DNA from: an uncultured Cellvibrionaceae bacterium
GTDB taxonomy: Bacteria; Pseudomonadota; Gammaproteobacteria; Pseudomonadales; Cellvibrionaceae
Direction: 5' to 3'
Assembly (NCBI GenBank): GCA_964515805.1
Contig: CAZEUZ010000053.1
Coordinates: forward strand, 1-44,203
Length of the DNA stretch: 44,203 nucleotides
Part shown: positions 40,154 through 44,203 of the stretch, one piece after another
Position numbering within the stretch: the stretch's first letter is position 1
How the letters are laid out: every line of letters starts with the position of its first letter
Program-made: the position numbers and the translations under genes
The notes under the pieces: model-generated
Seen by the model: only the letters and a program-made list of their open reading frames with translations
What the model was told of the DNA's origin: nothing
Databases searched by the model: none

Positions 40154-41626
40154 CTACTGTTTGGTTTTTGTTTGGTTAGTTGTTGTCATAGCAAATTGTG
40201 TTTTTCGACTGTACTGGTCGAGTTGAGCAACCACAGTAGCGGTTTGTTGCTTGAAACGAGACAGTTCCGTATTGGGTATTTTTTCGGCCTTTGGCAATTT
40301 AACAGTTACTGGATTGCGAACAGTGCCATTGACATAAAACTCGTAGTGGAGATGTGGGCCGGTCGCCAGTCCGGAGGTTCCAACATAGCCTATTCGCTGG
40401 CCTTGTTTTACTCGTTTACCGGTACGTATACCTTTAGCATAGCCATTCATATGTGCATACAGGGTACGGTAGGTTTGCCCGTGTTCGATAATCACAGTGC
40501 GTCCATAACCACCTTTGGTGCCTGCCCAGACAACTTTGCCGTCACCTGCCGCTCTTATCGGTGTGCCTCTCGGGGCGGCATAGTCGGTGCCTTTGTGAGC
40601 GCGGATGGTATTTAAAATAGGGTGTTTGCGGCGTAAATTGAAATGTGAGCTTATGCGAGCAAAATCCACGGGTGTTCTCAGAAATGCCTTGCGCATGCTG
40701 CGCCCTTCCGGCGTATAGAAGTGGCTGTTACCTTTCTTGTCGGTATAGCGTACTGCACGATAGGTCTCGCCGCGATTAGTAAATTCGGCAGCTAAAATGC
40801 GACCATTTTTCAGCTTCTCTCCATGGAGGAACTGTTCTTCATAAAGTACTTTAAATTGATCATTAGTTCGAATATCGAGCGCAAAGTCGATATCCCAACC
40901 AAAGATATTGGCAATTTCCATAATCAGATTTTCTTCAATTCCCGCTTCAATTCCCGCCAGAAATAAAGAGTTGGCTATAATGGCTTCTCGGTAGGCGATA
41001 TGTATATCGGGCTCAAAAACAATTTCTGTGTCGTCAAATTTTTCACCGGAACGATGAAAATCTATTCTCAATAGAGGGTCTTTTTGATATCTCAGCCCGT
41101 CTAACTGCCCATTTTTGATGGCGAACGACAAATGTTGTCCGGGATGTAGTTTGGTCAATTGCTTTGCAGCCCTGTTACTGTTTATCAATTCATACAGGCT
41201 TCGGTCGGACAAGCCAACACGCTGAAAAATCGTCGATAAGTTATCACCTGATTTTACCGTTTCAGTAAGCCATGAATTGGATAGGTAATTTTGATTTAGC
41301 GAAGGCTGTTGTGTTACCTCTCCTTCTACTCGGTCTTCTATGGGGTTGAATCCTTCTATCTGCGGCTGCTCAAGCGTGGAAGTAGTGTATGCTGAAGCGG
41401 TTCCAGAATAGTCGGAAGGATAAGGATTGACTAACGAAACGTCGGATGTTGATGAGTTGGACAGGGAAAGTGCTAATTGTTGACCATCACGTTTGGCTGA
41501 AACTTGGCTTAATGGTGCAAAAATTACCAAGCCTAATAGTAGATTACCGAGCACTCCCGCAGCTATTAAATGTCCGCGAGGGAAATGGAAAAAATGATTA
41601 TTACCAAAAAATTCAGTGAGTTTCAT
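40154..41626 (-). CDS. M23-family peptidoglycan DD-metalloendopeptidase with an OapA/LysM-like domain (MepM/YebA-like)
   Basis: 490 aa with an N-terminal TM helix, VKSGDNLSTIFQRVGLS, and the M23 motifs HKGTDYAAPRGTPI and GPHLHYEF. Confidence 0.9.
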   Translation of the reverse strand: MKLTEFFGNNHFFHFPRGHLIAAGVLGNLLLGLVIFAPLSQVSAKRDGQQLALSLSNSSTSDVSLVNPYPSDYSGTASAYTTSTLEQPQIEGFNPIEDRVEGEVTQQPSLNQNYLSNSWLTETVKSGDNLSTIFQRVGLSDRSLYELINSNRAAKQLTKLHPGQHLSFAIKNGQLDGLRYQKDPLLRIDFHRSGEKFDDTEIVFEPDIHIAYREAIIANSLFLAGIEAGIEENLIMEIANIFGWDIDFALDIRTNDQFKVLYEEQFLHGEKLKNGRILAAEFTNRGETYRAVRYTDKKGNSHFYTPEGRSMRKAFLRTPVDFARISSHFNLRRKHPILNTIRAHKGTDYAAPRGTPIRAAGDGKVVWAGTKGGYGRTVIIEHGQTYRTLYAHMNGYAKGIRTGKRVKQGQRIGYVGTSGLATGPHLHYEFYVNGTVRNPVTVKLPKAEKIPNTELSRFKQQTATVVAQLDQYSRKTQFAMTTTNQTKTKQ

Positions 41627-41784
41627 TGATGTTTTAATAAAATACTTAATATTTTTTAGAGATACCCGCGTTTATAACAAATTATTTAGAAATAATCACC
41701 CTTATACTGAATAAAAAAGATGATTCAGGCTGTACAATTTGCTACTCTGGATAGAGCATATTGATAAATATAAGGAAAAAAATT

Positions 41785-42009
41785 ATGAATGACGTACAAA
41801 CTAGCGAAAAAGGCTTCATTCCAACATTACTGTTGTGCTTCTTTTTGGGGGGGCTGGGCATACACCGTTTTTATGTTGGCAAAATTGGTACCGGTGTTTT
41901 AATGTTGCTCACTCTTGGTGGCTTAGGTATTTGGACTCTAATCGATTTCATCGTGATTGCTTGCGGTAATTTTAAAGACAAGCAAGATTTGCCAATTAAG
42001 TCCAAATAA
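41785..42009 (+). CDS. TM2-domain small membrane protein
   Basis: Contains LLLCFFLGGLGIHRFYVGKIGTGVLMLLTLGGLGIWTLIDFIVI. The ATG at 41785 is preceded by an aagga SD. The track ORF starts at a TTG at 41761. Confidence 0.8.
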   Translation: MNDVQTSEKGFIPTLLLCFFLGGLGIHRFYVGKIGTGVLMLLTLGGLGIWTLIDFIVIACGNFKDKQDLPIKSK

Positions 42010-42374
42010 TACTGTTTCCTGGTCCCAAGGCCTTAAAGTTCTTTTTCTACTGCCTTGGGCTATTGCTCCAAAAAATTTCTTTCCTTGCCACCAGGTTTCC
42101 TTTCTCTCATGTTTTTAAATGAATCCATTTGTTTTTCTATACGGTGCAGAATTTTAATTCTGCCGCTATCATTGTAGTAACCTTTTCCGAGTGTCAGCTT
42201 TTGTCACTGCTATGAGTGTATTCAAATTTGGATGAATTGATAACTACTCCTTCTTTCTATCGTTTAATTTTCTAAAAATCCCCTCTCCTGTGAAGCAGGA
42301 TCAAACACTTGTGTTTGTGGCGATTTTTAGTAAGGTGTCTGCAACATTAAAGGAACTGTATTGAGGGAGAATAA

Positions 42375-43685
42375 ATGACGGTTGATAGTAACCTGCTAAC
42401 TGATTTGCATGGTCGTGGTTTGATAGCACAAATGACGGGCGACAATGGACTCGAGAGTCATTTAGCTGAAGAGTCGCGCACGGTCTACTGTGGTTTTGAC
42501 CCCACGGCAGATAGCCTTCATATTGGCAGTTTAGTGCCATTGTTGGCGCTAAGACGTTTTCAAATGGCAGGCCATAAGCCCGTAGCTTTGGTGGGTGGTG
42601 CTACTGGCCTTATCGGGGATCCCAGCTTCAAATCTCAAGAGCGTCAGCTCAATACTCCAGATATCGTTTCGGCTTGGACTGACAAGATAAAATTGCAAGT
42701 GTCGCAGTTTATCGATTTCGATGCGGGTGAAAATTCCGCTGAAGTGGTCAACAATCTCGATTGGGTTGCGCCTGTGAGCATGCTTAGTTTTCTGCGTGAT
42801 ATAGGCAAATACTTTTCCGTTAATAATATGGTTCATAAAGAGGCGGTTAAACAACGGATCGACCGCGAAGGTGCTGGTATTTCCTATACCGAATTTAGCT
42901 ACATATTATTGCAGGCACTCGATTTTGCAGAACTTTATCAAAGGAAAAACTGTACTTTACAAATGGGAGGCTCCGATCAGTGGGGTAACATCACTGCGGG
43001 AATCGATCTTGCGCGGCGACTCCACGGTGGACAGGTTTTTGGTCTGACACTACCTCTAGTCACTAAAGCTAATGGCGCCAAGTTTGGCAAAACAGAATCA
43101 GGCACGATATGGTTGGATTCCTCTAGGACTTCTCCTTATGCGTTTTATCAATTTTGGCTTAATACCGCCGACGATGATGTCTACAAATTTTTGCGATATT
43201 TTACCTTCCTAGATCTAGCGGAAATAGATGCCATTGAGGAGGCTGACAAATCATCGAGCGACAAGCCTCAGGCTCAGTGTATTTTGGCTGAAGAAGCAAC
43301 CCGCCTAGTGCATGGAAATCAGGGTTTAAGTGCGGCGCAGAGGATTACTGAGGCCTTGTTTAGTGGCGCTGTCGATCACCTCAGTTACACCGATTTTACT
43401 CAATTGCAGCAAGATGGCTTGCCTTCTTCAAAGCTTGTGGATACGGATTTGAGCACTGAACCGCTGACAAGCATCCTGGTGTCTGCAGGTTTGGCGAAGA
43501 ATGGCAAGCAAGTCAAGGATGCCCTCATGAATAATGCCGTTTTCGTCAACGGCGTCAATGTTAACTGGGATGCCAATATGCAATGCGCTGATATTTTTTC
43601 AACTGACAGGGCATTGCACAATCAATTTTTCTTAGTAAAGCTTGGCAAAAAGAATTATCACCTTCTCAATCGCCAATTAAGCTAA
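42375..43685 (+). CDS. tyrS: tyrosine--tRNA ligase (E. coli TyrS type)
   Basis: 436 aa with the HIGH-type motif SLHIGSL, the KMSKS-type motif KFGKT and a C-terminal S4-like domain. A gagggag SD lies upstream. Confidence 0.95.
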   Translation: MTVDSNLLTDLHGRGLIAQMTGDNGLESHLAEESRTVYCGFDPTADSLHIGSLVPLLALRRFQMAGHKPVALVGGATGLIGDPSFKSQERQLNTPDIVSAWTDKIKLQVSQFIDFDAGENSAEVVNNLDWVAPVSMLSFLRDIGKYFSVNNMVHKEAVKQRIDREGAGISYTEFSYILLQALDFAELYQRKNCTLQMGGSDQWGNITAGIDLARRLHGGQVFGLTLPLVTKANGAKFGKTESGTIWLDSSRTSPYAFYQFWLNTADDDVYKFLRYFTFLDLAEIDAIEEADKSSSDKPQAQCILAEEATRLVHGNQGLSAAQRITEALFSGAVDHLSYTDFTQLQQDGLPSSKLVDTDLSTEPLTSILVSAGLAKNGKQVKDALMNNAVFVNGVNVNWDANMQCADIFSTDRALHNQFFLVKLGKKNYHLLNRQLS

Positions 43686-43723
43686 CGATTAGAATTTTTT
43701 TATTGTGATTATTAAGATTTTGC

Positions 43724-43751
43724 TTGCGAGTTTGATTTGAGTAGTTATAAT
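43724..43751 (+). promoter_or_regulatory. rRNA operon P1-type sigma-70 promoter
   Basis: ttgcga-16 nt-tataat is followed by a GC-rich discriminator (gcgctgc) and preceded by an A/T-rich UP-like tract (gaatttttttattgtgattattaagatttt). Confidence 0.55.
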
Positions 43752-44061
43752 GCGCTGCTCGCTGTCGGCTAAGCGCTGTTAGCGGTTTTTTAACAGATTG
43801 GATCAAGCAATGCGTGTGGGCATTTGCGGTTTATGAGTAATTGTAAGGCGCAAATGACCGACAATTCGTCGTTGCTAACTTGGTGATGGCACATTTATGT
43901 TGTTATTGCTGAGATAGCAACAATATAAGTTGAAAAGTTATGTAAGTAAGTTGTCACAGATGATTTATTTATAAGCGCTGAGCAGTAATTTAAGTATATA
44001 GGCATAGTATTAATCCTATGTCGGATAGCCGTTAAGGCTATATCAATGATTAAATCAGTAA

Positions 44062-44203
44062 AAACTGAAGAGTTTGATCATGGCTCAGATTGAACGCTGG
44101 CGGCAGGCCTAACACATGCAAGTCGAGCGAGAAAGTTCCTTCGGGAGCGAGTAGAGCGGCGGACGGGTGAGTAACGCGTGGGAATCTACCGAGTAGTGGG
44201 GGA
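44062..44203 (+). rRNA. rrs: 16S ribosomal RNA, 5' end (continues beyond the window)
   Basis: aaactgaagagtttgatcatggctcagattgaacgctggcggcaggcctaacacatgcaagtcgagcg is the universal bacterial 16S 5' end, including the 27F primer site. Confidence 0.97.

Noticed and set aside
40091-40615. Long antisense or shadow ORFs in the track. Examples are 40091-40615 (+), 31590-32099 (+), 2147-2542 (-), 14533-14928 (-), 19437-19811 (-), 34341-34763 (-), 5410-5742 (+) and 24288-24662 (+).
   Set aside because: Each lies wholly inside, or overlaps, a confidently recognised gene on the other strand or frame. Their composition is low-complexity or odd, and they have no recognisable motifs. They are treated as non-coding shadows.
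42010-42374. A T-box or leader-peptide attenuator upstream of tyrS.
   Set aside because: There is no T-box consensus. The only small ORF (a 22-aa ORF starting at ATG 42110) has no SD and no Tyr codons.
43784-43796. A boxA-like antiterminator sequence (ggttttttaacag) preceded by a small hairpin (gctaa-gcgctg-ttagc) in the rRNA leader.
   Set aside because: Only the TTTAACA core matches the E. coli boxA sequence TGCTCTTTAACAA. That is too weak to call without alignment to other rrn leaders of this genome.
1-44203. CRISPR arrays, IS elements, integrases, prophage genes and tRNA genes.
   Set aside because: None was recognised in the ORF translations or by reading the intergenic regions. A tRNAscan or CRISPR-finder run would be needed to exclude small elements formally.

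Overview
This is a chromosomal, mostly housekeeping segment of a gammaproteobacterium. The 5' end of a 16S rRNA gene sits at the right edge. I count about 46 protein genes and see no CRISPR array, transposase, integrase or tRNA by eye. Gene order is a mosaic of blocks I recognise from Pseudomonas- and E. coli-type genomes: proC-yggS | pilT-pilU; argC / membrane coiled-coil protein / bactofilin; rpsF-rpsR-membrane protein-rplI-dnaB; ybeD-lipB-lipA; hslVU; ubiE-ubiJ-ubiB ... hisE-tatABC; and M23 peptidase-anmK | tyrS-rrn. I do not see a convincing multi-gene novel system such as a defence island or secretion apparatus. The points that stand out are small accessory insertions at otherwise conserved junctions. 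(1) A roughly 1.5 kb, somewhat AT-richer segment encodes a membrane-anchored transglutaminase-like protein and is bracketed by roughly 74-nt direct repeats of the ybeD 5' coding end. (2) A signal-peptide-bearing standalone caspase (C14) gene lies between yggS and pilT. (3) A DUF3179/DUF3047 gene pair sits where hisI is found in Pseudomonas. (4) A tight SDR / degenerate TrpA-like / GTP cyclohydrolase II operon. (5) An MMPL/RND-type exporter lies 2 nt downstream of anmK. All family calls rest on motif recognition from the supplied translations, not on database searches.
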